Below, piece after piece: positions 23,484-37,429 of a DNA stretch of 64,000 nucleotides. Position numbers and translations under genes: made by a program. Source of the DNA: Eimeria praecox (lineage: Eukaryota); assembly GCA_963920595.1 (NCBI GenBank), contig OY986947.1, positions 1,736,001 to 1,800,000 on the forward strand. The letters run 5' to 3'. The notes below the pieces were generated by a model that was not told where the DNA came from, did not search any database, and saw only the letters and a list, made by a program, of their open reading frames with translations. Each line of letters begins with the position of its first letter. Within the stretch, counting starts at the first letter, position 1.

Positions 23484-24364
23484 TGTGGCTGCCTGCTGCC
23501 ACACAGGAGCAGGGAGCCTTTGGCTCCCACTGTACGGGCAGATGAATATGCAGAAAAGCGCAACAAGTCTGAAGCCGCTCACCAAGTCGTTCCCCTTGGT
23601 GTAAACGAAGAATACCGGCTGAGGCAAAAATAAAATGATTTATTTCATTTGAAGTAACGCTAGACGAGTGTCCCGTTGGGATATATTGTATAAATATACT
23701 GTATGCGTGTTAACATCGGTAGAGGGATGTGGCTGAATGCTTGTTCCTTCGGAAACTCCCCCAATCGGCGATCAAATACAACTGGCAGTGCTAGCTGCTG
23801 TACAGACACTTTCCATCGCTTTGGGGTTCGCACAGAGACTCTTCTTCCTTCCATTCCGTTGCAGCACTACTGGGAAGAGCCAGTGCCCTGCAGGCGTTTC
23901 GGTCTAGGTAGTGGAATGAGAAATCACGGCCGATTGCTCATGCAACGTGCAGTGCATTATTGTCGTAGCCCCACCCAACAGATGCAGTTCACTGAGTTTG
24001 TATTTACAAGACCTCAGCTTAACAGGTGTCTGTACACCTGAGCTGAGCAACAGGAATCTGACAGAGTATCTTAGTAACTGGGCAGACGAAAATAGGAAAC
24101 GTTAAGCACCCTGCCTTCGCGCTCTATAATTCTAATAATAACTGTTTCGTTGCTTCCAGCGAAAGATTTCCTCATAAAAACTGCAACTCTGATTCACTGC
24201 TGGTTCCGGTTGCACTGGAAAGCTGAAAATGGAGGGAGCGCGTCGTGCACCGACATGGGCTGAAGAGGTAATCAGTTCTTTTTCATCGAAGGATTCGTTG
24301 AATTCGTGAATTCTGCCCTCAACTTCAAATCAGAAACGCGCATTTCAAAGTAGGAGGGCAACTA

Positions 24365-25117
24365 ATGAACAGCAACCGACAGGCTCATCATGCCTGTTCA
24401 GTCGCTTTGCACAGGGTTTCAGTGACTGCGTTGGTGGCTTTAAGCCGCCTCGCTCTGTTGCCAGCGGAAGCTTCCTCTCCAGAGGCATTATCTTCGAGCC
24501 AGTACGACTCGTTTCGTTCCACTTGTTTCCCAAACGGTTTCACTCAGTTTCCTCCGCTTCCGGCGGAAAGCAGAACCTCAAGTGGAGGGCCAGCACAAGA
24601 AACCCTTCCAGTCGCCATCCCAGCGCCGTCACCCGTCTCTTCATCAGCGATCACTGCAGCAGAGGCTGATCATTCTCCCTTCTGCAGGAAACGCCAATGT
24701 TCTTCATCCGTTTCACAGGAGAACGAAGACAGCCGTGCAGCCACGAGGCGTGTCCCCTGTCAGCCGCAGAACCCCAGTCCACTGCAGCCGCTGAGCCCAG
24801 CAGATCCATCTCTATCCGATTCCCTGAGCTTCCCTGCTGCAGCTGACAATACTTCTGTTGCAGCTGAGACCCCTCAAGGCGGCCTTTATGGTATTGCGGT
24901 GGTGAGAGTTAATCTGTTGATAAACTGGGCTATAGCGAGCTTGCAAAAAGAAACAATTCAGGTCCCCGGCTGTAGTTGCAACTTGTGTCGCTGGGCAGCA
25001 CAAGTAAACTCCTTAACGGCAGGCAACATATTTCAACCCGTTTGTTTTACAACAGCACAGAAGAGCTGGCTAGCCAATGAGCTAGCTAGCAGTCAGACAG
25101 CCGGCACACTCGGCTAG
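24365..25117 (+). CDS. Possible hypothetical S/P-rich protein
   Basis: 250-aa ORF only; ends 23 bp from the convergent golgin stop, so it may be UTR. Confidence 0.25.
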   Translation: MNSNRQAHHACSVALHRVSVTALVALSRLALLPAEASSPEALSSSQYDSFRSTCFPNGFTQFPPLPAESRTSSGGPAQETLPVAIPAPSPVSSSAITAAEADHSPFCRKRQCSSSVSQENEDSRAATRRVPCQPQNPSPLQPLSPADPSLSDSLSFPAAADNTSVAAETPQGGLYGIAVVRVNLLINWAIASLQKETIQVPGCSCNLCRWAAQVNSLTAGNIFQPVCFTTAQKSWLANELASSQTAGTLG

Positions 25118-25140
25118 CTGTTCAACCTGATGCCTCCAAA

Positions 25141-28100
25141 CTACGATACTTCGCCATTTAAAAACTCCACAAACTGTTCAGAGAGGCCGCCGCTCTGCAG
25201 CGGAAAAGCAGAAAGAAATACACAACACAGCCAACGCACAGACTTGCACACAGGCCCCGTGCATGCGCCCTTCTAGGCTCGCATTTGGATATGCATGCAG
25301 AAAAATGTTTGTGCAGCTGACACAAATCTTTTCCTCCATAAACACCACCAACAATGTACATGAGTGCATTCGTTTTGGATGCGATTAGTTGCAGAGAAGT
25401 AGTTGCACATATATACCCACGCTTGCATGCAGCTGCAGACAGGCTGCCCACTGTTACCGTAAATGCACATTCTCCTTAACGTCAGTACTACTATGAATTT
25501 ATGTTCAACATTCCCAGGCGTCATAAGCGCAACCAAGCAGAGAAACAACATATCTGCACAGGCAGGCTGCCTTCTCTACTTCCTCTGCGCAACAGAGAGC
25601 GACTCGCTGTCACAAATTACTGTTGATCTTCACCTCTTTTTCTTTTTGTTTCCGCGGAAGGCCGTAACGCTCCCTATCTTCGTCGGAAAATCCCAAAACA
25701 TCACAAATCAACAGAAATATTTCGTCGCGGCGCCTCATGTTGCCCTGCAGATTACATACACCCCGCGACCCATGGCTCACCGCGGTGTATAGGCTCGTAT
25801 GCACAACTCTGGCTGCTGATGTACTTGAAAGAAAGACCTTCTGTTACTTGAATTAGGCATTTCACAGTTGCTTCATGTATACATTGATACAAGCATAATT
25901 GTGCAGACTGGCACACTGCCATGGACAGTCAGCACGTACGAGCATTCAAGAAAATATTGGTGGACACGCATACACACATAAGCACACACATACACACACA
26001 CGCCCTTCATGTACAGCACTACTGAGGTGTACAGACAGCTCACATGCATTTCCTGGTGCTTGGCAATCATTTGCGCAATAATTCGCTTGTCCACAAAGTA
26101 ATCCTGATCGTCAACTTGTGCATGCAGCTTTTGCAGAAGTTTTTGCATGCCGTCTCTGAGACCAAAAGAACACCAATAAACTCCAAACCTCAAACTTTCG
26201 TCTAAACTCTCAACCCAACGTCTGGTACTGGCTCTATGCTTCTTCTTGGGCTCACGAGATGATTTTGTTGTCTTCTTCATACTTCTTAGCTGTTGCTTCT
26301 GCACGATCGCGTTGCTGCTCAGCCTCTGCTAGCCGTTTTTCTAGATCGTGAATCTGCTCCTTGAGGGTTTCGTTCTGCGAAAGAACCAAAGCAGCAGATG
26401 TGGAGGCATTGTGGGCTAAGTCAGGTGTCTGCGCAAACACTGCGGCCCATGAGGGAGGGGCTGGAAGGTAGACTTGCCGCTCCAAGGTCACTCTTCAGCG
26501 CCTGCACTTCGTTTTGGCTAGTAGTCAATTCGGTACGCAGCCGACTGACGGTAGTATCGCAGTCTGCCTGTACACCGCAGGGAAGCACAAGGAACAGAAA
26601 CAGTGCCCGTGGCATTGCAAGAATCGGAGAGAGGGGGGAAGCAAGAGAAACATTAAGGGTGAAACACTCAGCAGCCACAGCTCTCTATCTTTCGAAGTGG
26701 AAACAGCATCATCTTCACTCCTCTAAACCCTAAACCCTAAACCCTAGTTATCCGTGGACGGACCTGAACCTTCTTTAAGACGCGAGCATACTTCTCGACG
26801 GCCATCTTTGCCTCGCGGAGTTCTTTCTCCATTTCATCTCTTTCAGAATGCGCTTTGATCAATTCCACTTCTGACATTCGTTCAACAAACACAAAAACCC
26901 TCCCCCAAACAACTGTTTGTTTATGAACTGTCCATCGCAAGCTTTAAACCCTAAATCCTATACCTAACCAACGTCAGCTGTAAAACCTAAACCCTAGGTA
27001 GAATCAAGGCCTGCTGTGAGCATTGCAACACAATGCTCAACTAATTTCGCTGTCTTTAGCAGCCATTGTTTCTGTATGCCATTTCAACTCTTTTCTGCGT
27101 GGTTAGGCGTTTGTCTGGGGTGTATGGACACCTGAGAGGCTCTGGATTTCGCGGATTTCCTCCAATCTTCCACGCTCTCGCTTGACCGTTTCCAGCTCTT
27201 TCTCGAGCGCTTGAATCCTCTGCGATTAAGCAACACACATGCCGGCAAACTAACCGTCCTCAAACACAAACTGTTGCCCTACAAACAAAGGCGATGACAG
27301 GTGCATGCAAGCTTAGATTAGTACTACCCTGCCTCTTCGTTTCCCTGTGCAAACCAAGGGATTCCTGGGGTTTATTCATCTCGGGTGTACGCACAGCTGC
27401 ATCTCCTCTGAGATCCGCTAGTTCTCCCAGGGCTTCTTGCAAAGCGTGAGAGACTGCGGCATGTGACGCCTACGAATATACGCATGCATATCAAGAATGG
27501 CAGGCGAGTCATTTCAAATGAAACACTATGTTTCATTCGTTTAAACAAAACATAAAGAAGAAACAGAGGAGGCAAATTAAATGCCGCCGTGGCTACAGTC
27601 TAAGCGGGAGCAGCAGGTGCCTGTTCCCCTGTCCAAACCCCTGCAACAGCTACCTGCCAGGAACGGAGTTGAAGGAGAAGATCTTTATTCTCCCCTGTCA
27701 GTTCCTCTGAGGCATCCTGCGGCTTGCTGCTCCGTCTCTTTTCGTAATTGGCCAGCAGCTCTTTGTAGAGATGCCTGAATAAACAGAAATCAAAAGCAGT
27801 GTACAAACCCTAAACCCTAGACCCTAGACCCTAAACCCTAGACCCTGCACCCTCAGTCCTAAGCACTAGTCCTATGGAACACACAACGCAGCACTCCATA
27901 TGCAGGCACCCTGAGGTCAAGCCCTAAAGATTGAATGCCTCTACATGCAGCAGCAGCAGCAAGACATACAAATGCCTCGTCTAGTCTAGGGTTTAGGGTT
28001 TGGGGTTTCAACCATCGACGGACCTGACCGTTTCGAGCTGTTCTGTGGCCCTTTCAAGCTGCTCCTTAAGTCTCTCTGTTTCTTCGTTGCCGGCCTGCAA

Positions 28101-30413
28101 GTCAGATGACAGGTGTACGTACACCGCAGCTCTGCCACACCGCAGCACTATATATGAACCCACAGTCCCCGGGGGTTCCGAGATATCAGCAGTAGCTGCT
28201 TTAGCCTCAGCAGAAAGAGAGGAAAAGAAGCTAGAAGGGTTTATTTGTGTTCTGCTAGAATAGAATTGTTTCTACGTGGGGGCTTCAGGAGCAGGTGAGT
28301 CCTGCGGTGTACGTGCAGGTAATGCCGCGGACCTGTTTCGTTCTTTCACGTTCTGCCTCTCTCTGTTCTTCAATTCTTTGTTGTGAATCTTTCAAATCTT
28401 CTGTCAGCTCCAACACCCGGCGATGCAGAGCTGCTGTCTGATGCTGCAGCTGCAGCCTCTTTGCAACTTCTTGTCTTAGCCGCCGCTCTGCTTCTGAGGC
28501 CTCAACAGCAGCAGCAGCAGGAATGCCCTCTCCGCCGCTGGCTGGCTCCTCTGTAGCTCGCGGTGTCCCTACATTCGATCCTCCAACAGAGGGGGGCCCC
28601 CAAGGGGCCCCCAGGGGCGTCCCTCCAGCTTCAGATTCCCCTCCTGCTGCAACTGCTAGAGAGCCAGCGCACCTGACGAGCTTCTGTGCTGTCTCGACAC
28701 AGCCAATGAGAGACAGAGATTGCTGACTGTGGTCTGAACGGGCCTTAGGGGGCCCCTGGGGGCCCCCCTGCCCTTCCCCTGAGCCCTCTGCTGTTGAGCT
28801 GGGGCTGCGCAGCCAGCGGTTTAGCTCACTAGGTAGACTTCGAGCAAGGGGACGGGCGAGCAGACTCTGGAAAGTGGATGACCCTGCAGGTAACCCCCCG
28901 TATTCCTCTGAAACCCTAAACCCTAAACCCTAAACCCTAAACCCTAAACCCTAAACCCTAAACCCTAAAATGCATGCAATGAGAGACCTATTAAACGGAA
29001 CGCACACACACGCGCTCCTGTTCCTCCCTCTTGCTGCTGGACGACTTCAGCTGTTTGAGGGTTTAGGGTTTGGCGTTTGTTTGAGGGTTTAGGGTTTGAT
29101 GTTTGAGGGTTTAGGGTTTTGTATTTGAGGGTCTAGCACCTTTTGTGTGTTCCCATTCAGCATTCACAAACTCCGCCATTTTGACGGTTCTCTCGAGGCT
29201 GCTGCAGAGGTCTTCGAAGATATCCCAGGGGTCTGCTTCGGGGGTAGCTAGCTGGCTAGCTAGCTGGCTAGCTGGCAAGCGCAAGGCCTGCGCCAGCCTC
29301 TGGAGAGGCTGAGACAAGTCCTCCAAATGAGCCGTGCCATGGTTGCTGCTCTCTCTACTCGAGCCTGCTGCTGTTGCTGCTGCTGCTGCTGATGTTGCTG
29401 TGTCTAGAGCATCGCCGGCGCCATCTAGCTGTTGCTGCTGTTGCTGCTGTTGCTGCTGTTGTTGCTGCTGAGTAGAGAGGCGAGAGCGGAGCTGACGGCA
29501 TTCTTTCCGGAGGCTGGCCAGCTGCCGGGCGTACTTTGCTGTCTCAGCCTCTGCAAAGAGGACGCCAAACCCTAAACCCTAAACCCTAAACCCTAAACCC
29601 TAAACCATGGGCCCTAAACGTAATCCTAGACCCTAGGGGTTAGTGCGCGTTTCAGTTGGAGGGCTCTCTAGCAAAGCCTTCGGGGGAAAGAGGCGTTGAA
29701 GAGGCCCTAAGGGGATGTGTGAACTGAGGTGTATATACACCTGAATGCAGCATGTTGCCTCCTCGTTGAAGTGTATACTGTTGTGTCCTCCTGCTTGAGG
29801 TGTATAGGCAGCTTGTTGAGGGGAATTAAATTAAGTGGAAGGGTATTCTGTTCATTTTATTTAAAAAGGTGTGTTTCGTGTTGAATGAGGTGTATATACA
29901 CCCCATGAAGTGTACACCTTTCTTTCTTGTTTTGCATGCATCTGTTTGGTTGTTTGTTTGTTTGGGGCTTGTTTGTTGTATTTCTCCTACCTGAAAACTC
30001 TAGCTGACGAGCTACGGCTTCGTGCTGCGCCTGCTGCTGCTGCAGCAGCAAGGGCAGATCTGCTCCTTGCGGCAGCCGTCCTGCTGCTGCTGCTGCTGCT
30101 GCTGCAGCCTCTGCTGCTTGTTGTTCTTCGTCTTCTTCATCATCATCTTCTGACAGCAGAACCTGCAGCACAACCAAACCCTAAACCCTAACCCTCGTCA
30201 AGAGCCCTTGCTGCAACCTGAGACAAACCCTTGAACATAAACCCCAGCGAAGGGACGAAACAAAGCATAGAAACCCTAAACCTCCAACACAAGTAGATCA
30301 TACACCAAGCTCATCAGCTAGGGTTTAGGGTTTAGGGTTTAGGGTTTAGGGTTTGAACCGACCGCATTGATTTCGTTGACGGCTCCGCGGATAGCGCACC
30401 AGGCATTCTGCAT
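25141..30413 (-). CDS. Coiled-coil golgin with a C-terminal GRAB domain and GA1 motif (GMAP-210/TRIP11/Rud3-like), multi-exon
   Basis: First exon MQNAWCAIRGAVNEINA; heptad-rich exons; FVDKRIIAQMI...RRDEIFLLICDVLGFSDEDRERYGL (GRAB-like); last exon 25194-25141 SGGLSEQFVEFLNGEVS* (GA1-like). Confidence 0.75.
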
Positions 30414-30976
30414 CCTCCAAGGGAAATGGAACCACTCGTAAACCCTAAACCCTAAACCCTAAACCCTAAACCCTAAACGGTAAACGTTAAACAGTAAACC
30501 CTAAACCCTAGCAGCTCGAAACAGCTCCGTGTTGCCCGCTAGCACGGGCGGACCCAAGACGAGGGTTTAGGGTTTAGAGGGTGATCTAGGCACAGAAAGA
30601 CGATCTAATTCATTATTAATTAAGAAAATTAATATTTAATAATTAAATACTTGCAATATATTTATTTATTTAAAGTGTATTTAACGGGACCCCGAGGATT
30701 CCCTTGGGGGCCCCGGGGGCCCCCATGAGATCGTATGTATGAATTTATTTCATACAAACTCGCGTTGCCTCTCATACATCGCGTTGCAGTGTATGTACAA
30801 CGATAGTCTGCCCTTTCAAGAAACAATTGTTGCTATAGAGGTTAGAGGTTATATATTATTACTTATATTTCTTCCTTTATTGCTGACAAGATGGCTTCTA
30901 TGAGTTAGAGATACACACAACTCGCATACTGAGTATCCTTGAATGCTTTGTACAGCATGTCTATGCACATACACAC

Positions 30977-31290
30977 CTACAGCAACAGCAGCAGCTGCAG
31001 CAACTGCAGCAACAGCTGCAGCAGCAGCTGCAGCAGCAGCAGCAGCTGCAGCAGCAGCAGCAGTTGCTGCAGCAGCAGCTGCAGCAGCAGCAGCAGTTGC
31101 TGCAGCAGCAGCAGCAGTTGCTGCAGCAGCAGCTGCAGCAGCAGCAGCAGTTGCTGCAGCAGCAGCAGCAGTTGCTGCAGCAGCAGCTGCAGCAGCAGCA
31201 GCAGCTGCAGCAGCAGCAGCAGTTGCTGCAGCAGCAGCTGCAGCAGCAGCAGCAGCTGCAGCAGCAGCAGCTGCAGCAGCAGTTGCTGCA
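30977..31290. repeat. Long CAG/CTG trinucleotide tract
   Basis: About 310 bp of GCA/GCT repeats. Confidence 0.95.
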
Positions 31291-33513
31291 AATGCTCATC
31301 GTAGTAGATGGCTGTGGGGGTCATTGGCTGCGCTAAAGAGAGAATTTAAGTTTAAATTTTCTAGGGTTTGACGGAGAAGGATGTGTCAGCAGGGTTTAGG
31401 GTTTAGGGTTTAGGGTTTAGGGTTTAGGGTTTAGGGTTTAGGGTTTAGGATCAGAACGTCTTAGCTCACTCTCATTATAAACAATAATAATATAATTTAT
31501 TTAGAGAAGATGATACACAATGCATGCAATTATACCTGCTGCAATAAGCCGCACAAGAAAACATCACGAACTCGATGCCAAACTCAGCTGTCTATACACC
31601 TGAAACAAACGGCACAACCCCCACCAAGTTCAGGGGATACGCTGGGGCCCCCCCATATGTATGGGGGCCCCTATACAATACATGCATACTCCCTTCAATA
31701 AATCCGTACTCTAGGAACGGCTTGCATGCATGCATGCATGCATGCATGCATGCATGCATGCATACATGTTCACAATACATATATACACGTAAAGAAATCA
31801 TACATACAGTAGAAGAATACATCCCCATATATATTTTATATAGTAGAATAAAGAGAAACAGCCCCAGAGGTGTATAGGGAAGAAGGCCAAGGCCAGGCCC
31901 TTGACGCCACACCACAGGGACACCCAGCCCCTCTCTCTGTTGAACAGACACTACCTAACTACTCCCACACCTGTAGCTAGCTGCAGCTAGCTGCAGCTAG
32001 CTGCTGTAGCCGTGAATCGTCACGTCTGTCTCCTATCTGCCTGTCTCCTCTTCTATCTGTCTCCCTGCGCTTTCATCGCGCCTTGGGGATATCTATGGCT
32101 TCTTTCTCTTAATTTGTGTCGGTGTCTCTTCGTTCGTTTCTTTGTATCTACCTATATCTGTCTGTCTCCACCTATATCTGTCTGTCTCCTTTCTACTTCA
32201 TATGTTCTCTGTCTTAGTTTGTCTCCTTCTCTGTCTCCTCTCCTTTTCTGTCTCCTCTGTGTATTCTGCTGTATATGTTTATCGGTCTCCTTTCTTGCTG
32301 TTGCTTTTCATGGCACTTTCTCTCTTCTTGTTTGTTTGTTTGCATGTCTGTCTCCTGTCTTCTTTGTGTTTTGTGTGTTTGTTTTTTGTTTATTTCTCCA
32401 TTTGTCTGTCTGCCTGTTTGTTTCTATTTTGTTTGTTTCTCTGTCTGTTTGTTTATTTCTCTATTTGTCTGTCTGCCTGTTTGTTTCTATTTGTTTGTTT
32501 GTTTGTTTGTTTGTTTGTTTGTTTCTTTCTTTCTTTCTTTGTTTCTTTGTTTGTTTGTTTGTTTGTTTGTTTGCGTTTGTGTTTGTGTCTGTGTCTCTGT
32601 GTGTGTGTGTCTTTGTGTCTCTCTCTTTTTTTAATGTGGTCTTTCGCCAAATACCCTGGAGTCTTCTTTGGGCTCCTTTCTTTTAATTCTGGAGTTGTGA
32701 GGGGCCCCCTCAGCTGTTCAGCTGCAGGATCCCCACAACTTCAGGTGTATGCCCAGCTCAAACTTGCACCTACACCATCCAAAAGGGAATAATGGCGCTC
32801 GCTACAACCTTTCATCATGACACAGACATGGGACGCCTCCACCCTGTGGGGCGGGCACCTCAGGGGGGCCCCCCCAGGGTCCCTTTGGGGGCCCCTCTTC
32901 CTGCGATGCAAACAGCAATACCTGGGGGCCCAGAAACGATCTCGGGGGCCCCTCAGGGCTTTGGCGGGCCTGCGGGGCCTCGGGAAGATTTGGGGGGCCC
33001 CTTAGGGCTTTGGCGAGCCTGCGGGGCCTCGGGATGACTTGGAGGCCCCCTAGGGGGGCCCCTTAGGGGCCCCCTGCGGCGCTCAAAAGGGCCTCTAAGG
33101 GGCCCCTAGGGGTTCCTGGGGAACCCCTAAGGGCCTCTGGGGGCCCCTAAGGCCCCCTGGGGGGCCCCAGTTTGTGGGGCCATCTCCTGGACAAACATTT
33201 ACGTGATAAAGACAGTGGCACCGGCCTCTGCTCTGAATGCACTCAAGGCAGCAGAGCCCCTCCTGCTTCGTGTTGCTGCAGCAACTACCCCTGTTGCTGC
33301 TGCTGCTGCTGCTGCTGCTTGCACTGTGCAAAAGTGGGAGGGAGGGGAAGAGAAGGGGGGGGGGGTAGAGGGCCTCCCCCTGCTCTTGGGGTAGTCCCCC
33401 TCTTACAGACGCTGCCAAGCTGCTGCAACTCCTGCTGCTGCACCTTCTTTTCCTGCTCCCCATCCTGCTGCCGCTGCCACTGCCACTGCCGCTGCTGCTG
33501 CTGCTGCTGCTGC

Positions 33514-33550
<37 letters not shown>

Positions 33551-33554
33551 ACAG

Positions 33555-33694
33555 CTAGGTGTGCTCGTTGGCCTGTCGGACTGCCAGCCGACAGCGGCGA
33601 GAGAGCTCCTCCCAGTCCACTTCTGGGAACTTCTCCCTTAGTTGCTCTCCCTGAAGAGAAGAGAGACAGAAACAGTGAGAGAGACAGAGACAGT

Positions 33695-33748
<54 letters not shown>

Positions 33749-33780
33749 CAGAGAGAGAGGGAGAGAGAGAGACAGCAGGA

Positions 33781-33815
<35 letters not shown>

Positions 33816-34863
33816 GAATAAATAATTAAAATATAAATAGTATTAAACAAACAAGCACAATACATATATAAAAGTACATACGAACAACTAATTTATAAAC
33901 AAGTACAAACAAACAAACAAATAAAAGAGACAGTCAAATGAGAAGAAGAAGAAAGACATACAACAGCATATATGCACGCACAGACTCACAGGATAGAGAC
34001 AGCAGAGAAAGAGACAGGAGACAGGGAGACAGGAGACAGAGAGAAGAGGAGACCCCAAAAAAGTAGAGACAAACATAGAGAGAGCCCAAAGGGGCAACAA
34101 ACAGAAAGGAGGAGACAGTTTGAAGGAGACAGGAGGAAGACTAGAAAGGATAGAATTTGAGAGAGACAGTAAGCAGATCAGACACACACCAAGGAGACAG
34201 TACACACGAGACAGCATCAAGGAGACAGCACACACACGATATAAAAGCCTCTATGAAGGAGACAGGAGGATAAAGGAGACAGCCATTTGGAGACACAATC
34301 AAGGAGACAGCTTAGCAACACAGAGGAAACAGCAGCATTAGAAAGGAGACAGTTTCAAGGAGACAGCAGCAGCATTAGAAAGGAGATAGTGTGAGGGAGA
34401 CAGTAGGAGAACTAGAAAGGAGACAGTTTGAAGGAGACAGCAGCAGAATTACAAAGGAGATAGTTGAAAGGAGGCGGGAGGAACATCAGAAAGGAGACAG
34501 CACGGAGACAGGCGAAGAAAAAGTAGAAAGGAGACAGTTCGAAAACGATAAGGGAAGGAGAATTAGAAAAGAGACAACACGGAGACAGCGCGAGCATTAA
34601 AAAGGAGACAGTTCAAAGAGGAGAGAGAGGGGTAGTAGGGCTAGAAAGGAGACAGTAAGAAGGGGAGACAGGTGTAGGAGAACACGAAAGGAGACAGTAT
34701 GAAGAGGAGACAGGTGTAGGAGAACACGAAAGGAGACAGTTGAAAGAGGAGACAGGTGTAGGAGAACACGAAAGGAGACAGTTGAAAGAGGAGACAGGTG
34801 TAGGAGAACACGAAAGGAGACAGATTAAAGAGGAGACAGAGTGGAGTATATGAGTAAGTATTC

Positions 34864-34938
<75 letters not shown>

Positions 34939-37160
34939 ATTAGCGTATGCAAGGAAATGAACAACCCAAGCTCCTCTATCTTGTCTCTGTACGCTGGTGT
35001 CAACAACTATACTACACCAACCTCCAATACATAGACTAAATCGAGTAGAGCATCTAGGATCTAAATCAATAGATAGAGGGTTTATAATTAAAGAGACAGA
35101 ACCTAAACAACCTTCTAAACCCCCCAGATCATACTCGCGACGATCACGAAACCAAAACCAATGCCCCCGATATAATAGAAAATATCGTGCACTCCATCGT
35201 GCTCGACATCGAGGCCAACAACTACCTGGGGCTGTATGTACGTTCCCTGTACACACAAAACCCTAAACCCTAAACCCTAAACCCTAAACCCTAAACCCTT
35301 TAAATACTTAACATGATACAAATACAATAAAATATGTTTACATGCTTTCTTCATACTATAATGCTCTAAACCCTAAACCCTAAACCCTAAACCCTAAACC
35401 CTAAACCCTTATCTTTAAATACAAACACCCTAAAATCTCTGGAAACGTGTAAACGCTCCCTGCACACAAAAACCCTAAACCCTAAACCCTAAACCCTAAA
35501 CCCTAAATAAATACAAAAACCATAAACTCCCAGGGCCGTGTGTACGTTCCCTGCACACACACCCTAAACCCTAAACCCTAGACCCTAAACTCTAAACCCT
35601 AAACCCTAAACAAACACAAACATCTTAAACTCCCAGGGAACATGCGCAAGCTCCCGGCAACCAAAGAACCCTAAACCCTAAACCCTATACCCTAAACCCT
35701 AAACAAGCACCATCACCCAAAACCCTCTGGAGTCGCGTGCATGCTCTCTGCAAACAAACAACCCTAAGCCCTAAACCCTAAACCCTAAGCCCTGAACCTT
35801 AAACAAAGACCAAAACCCTAAACTTCTAGGAGACGTATGCACGCTCCCTGCATGCAAACAACCCTAAACCCTAAACCCTACCCTACACAAACACCAACAC
35901 CCCAACACCCTGAATTCCCTTGAGCAGTGTGCACGTTTCCTGCAGACAAAACCCTAAACCCTAAACCCTAAACCCTACACAAAGACCAACGCTCTAATAC
36001 CCTAACACCCTAAACTCCCAGAAGAACTGTACACGTTCCCTGAACACAGACCCTAAACCCTAAACCCTAAACCCTATACCCTAACCAAACACCACCACCC
36101 TAACATTCTAAGCTCCTGGGAGCCCTGTGCACGTTTCCTGCATACAAACCCTAAACCCTAATACCCTCATCTCCCCCAAGCCTTGCTCACAGCCCTTGTA
36201 TAAAAACCCTAAACCCTAAACCCTAGCACCCACATGCAGCGTATGCAGCTTCCCTGCAAACAAACCCTAAACCTTAAACCCCTAACCCTCGAACCTTATA
36301 GCTAAGCTTAAAACCCTAAACCCTAAACCCTAAACCCTAACACCCTTACACCCTAAAGCCTAGGGCCCGAGAAACCGAAAGCTTATACTCCGAAAGCCCT
36401 AAACCCTAACCCACACAAACCTAAACCCTAACCCCTCCAACAACAGACCCTAAATCATGAGCCCCAAACCCTCGTCATAAACCCTAGACCCCTAACTATA
36501 AATACACTAACTGCTGCAGAATACGATACAGTAAGAACCCACTGTCATCCACATTCTCCTTAGGGTTTGGGTTTGGTTGCGGTTTAGGGTTTAGGGTTTA
36601 GGGTTTAGGGTTTATTGTTTAGGGTTAAGTACCATGATATAAGGGGAGTCTATCTATTCCCAGTTCGCCAGTACTATCTTCTAGAAGATATCCATTAAAT
36701 GCTCTTGATAGTCTAATTGCTGATGCAGACATTTGTCCCGAGGAAAATTGTTTGATAATTAATCTTTGAAACGATTTACTAGATATAGGATGTTTCTCCT
36801 GTACATACGTTGGCTGTCTCTTCACGTAGTCATCAACTCCTGCTGCCTCTCCCCCACTCTCTCCCTCCTGTTCTTGTTGTGTCTGTTGTTGTTGTTGCTG
36901 TTGTTGCTGTTGCTGTTGTTGTTGTTGGTGGTGCTGCTGCTCTTGGAGCTGCTGCTGCAGCAGTTGCTGCTGCTGCTGCTGATGTTGCTGCAGCTGCTGC
37001 TGCAGATACGCAGCAGAGTCGTACTGGAGCATGGGGGCCCCTCCTCCTGTCTCATCCTCGAAGGCGTTTATAATATCGCTTTCTGTATTACAAGGATGGA
37101 GTTCTAAGCCCGCAAACTGCTGCTGCAGCAGCAGTTGCTGCTGTTGTTGTTGCTGTTGTT

Positions 37161-37202
<42 letters not shown>

Positions 37203-37341
37203 GCTGCTGCTGCTGGGGTCCGTGATAAGGATACACCAAAGGAGAAGAAGCATACTTGTGTAAGGAGCCGCTGGCGCTGCTGCTACGCCGCGCAGCAGCA
37301 AATCGCGCCGACAGGTCAGGCAAGAAACCACGGGCTGCCCA

Positions 37342-37391
<50 letters not shown>

Positions 37392-37398
37392 CAGGGTG

Positions 37399-37429
<31 letters not shown>

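Noticed and set aside
30939..32792. Long ORFs of poly-A/Q/S or FVCL repeats (also 48489-51138 and 58749-59360)
   Set aside because: Open frames arise from stop-free microsatellites
35259..36620. True chromosome end or telomere fusion
   Set aside because: Tracts are short, interspersed and inside an intron with intact exons on both sides
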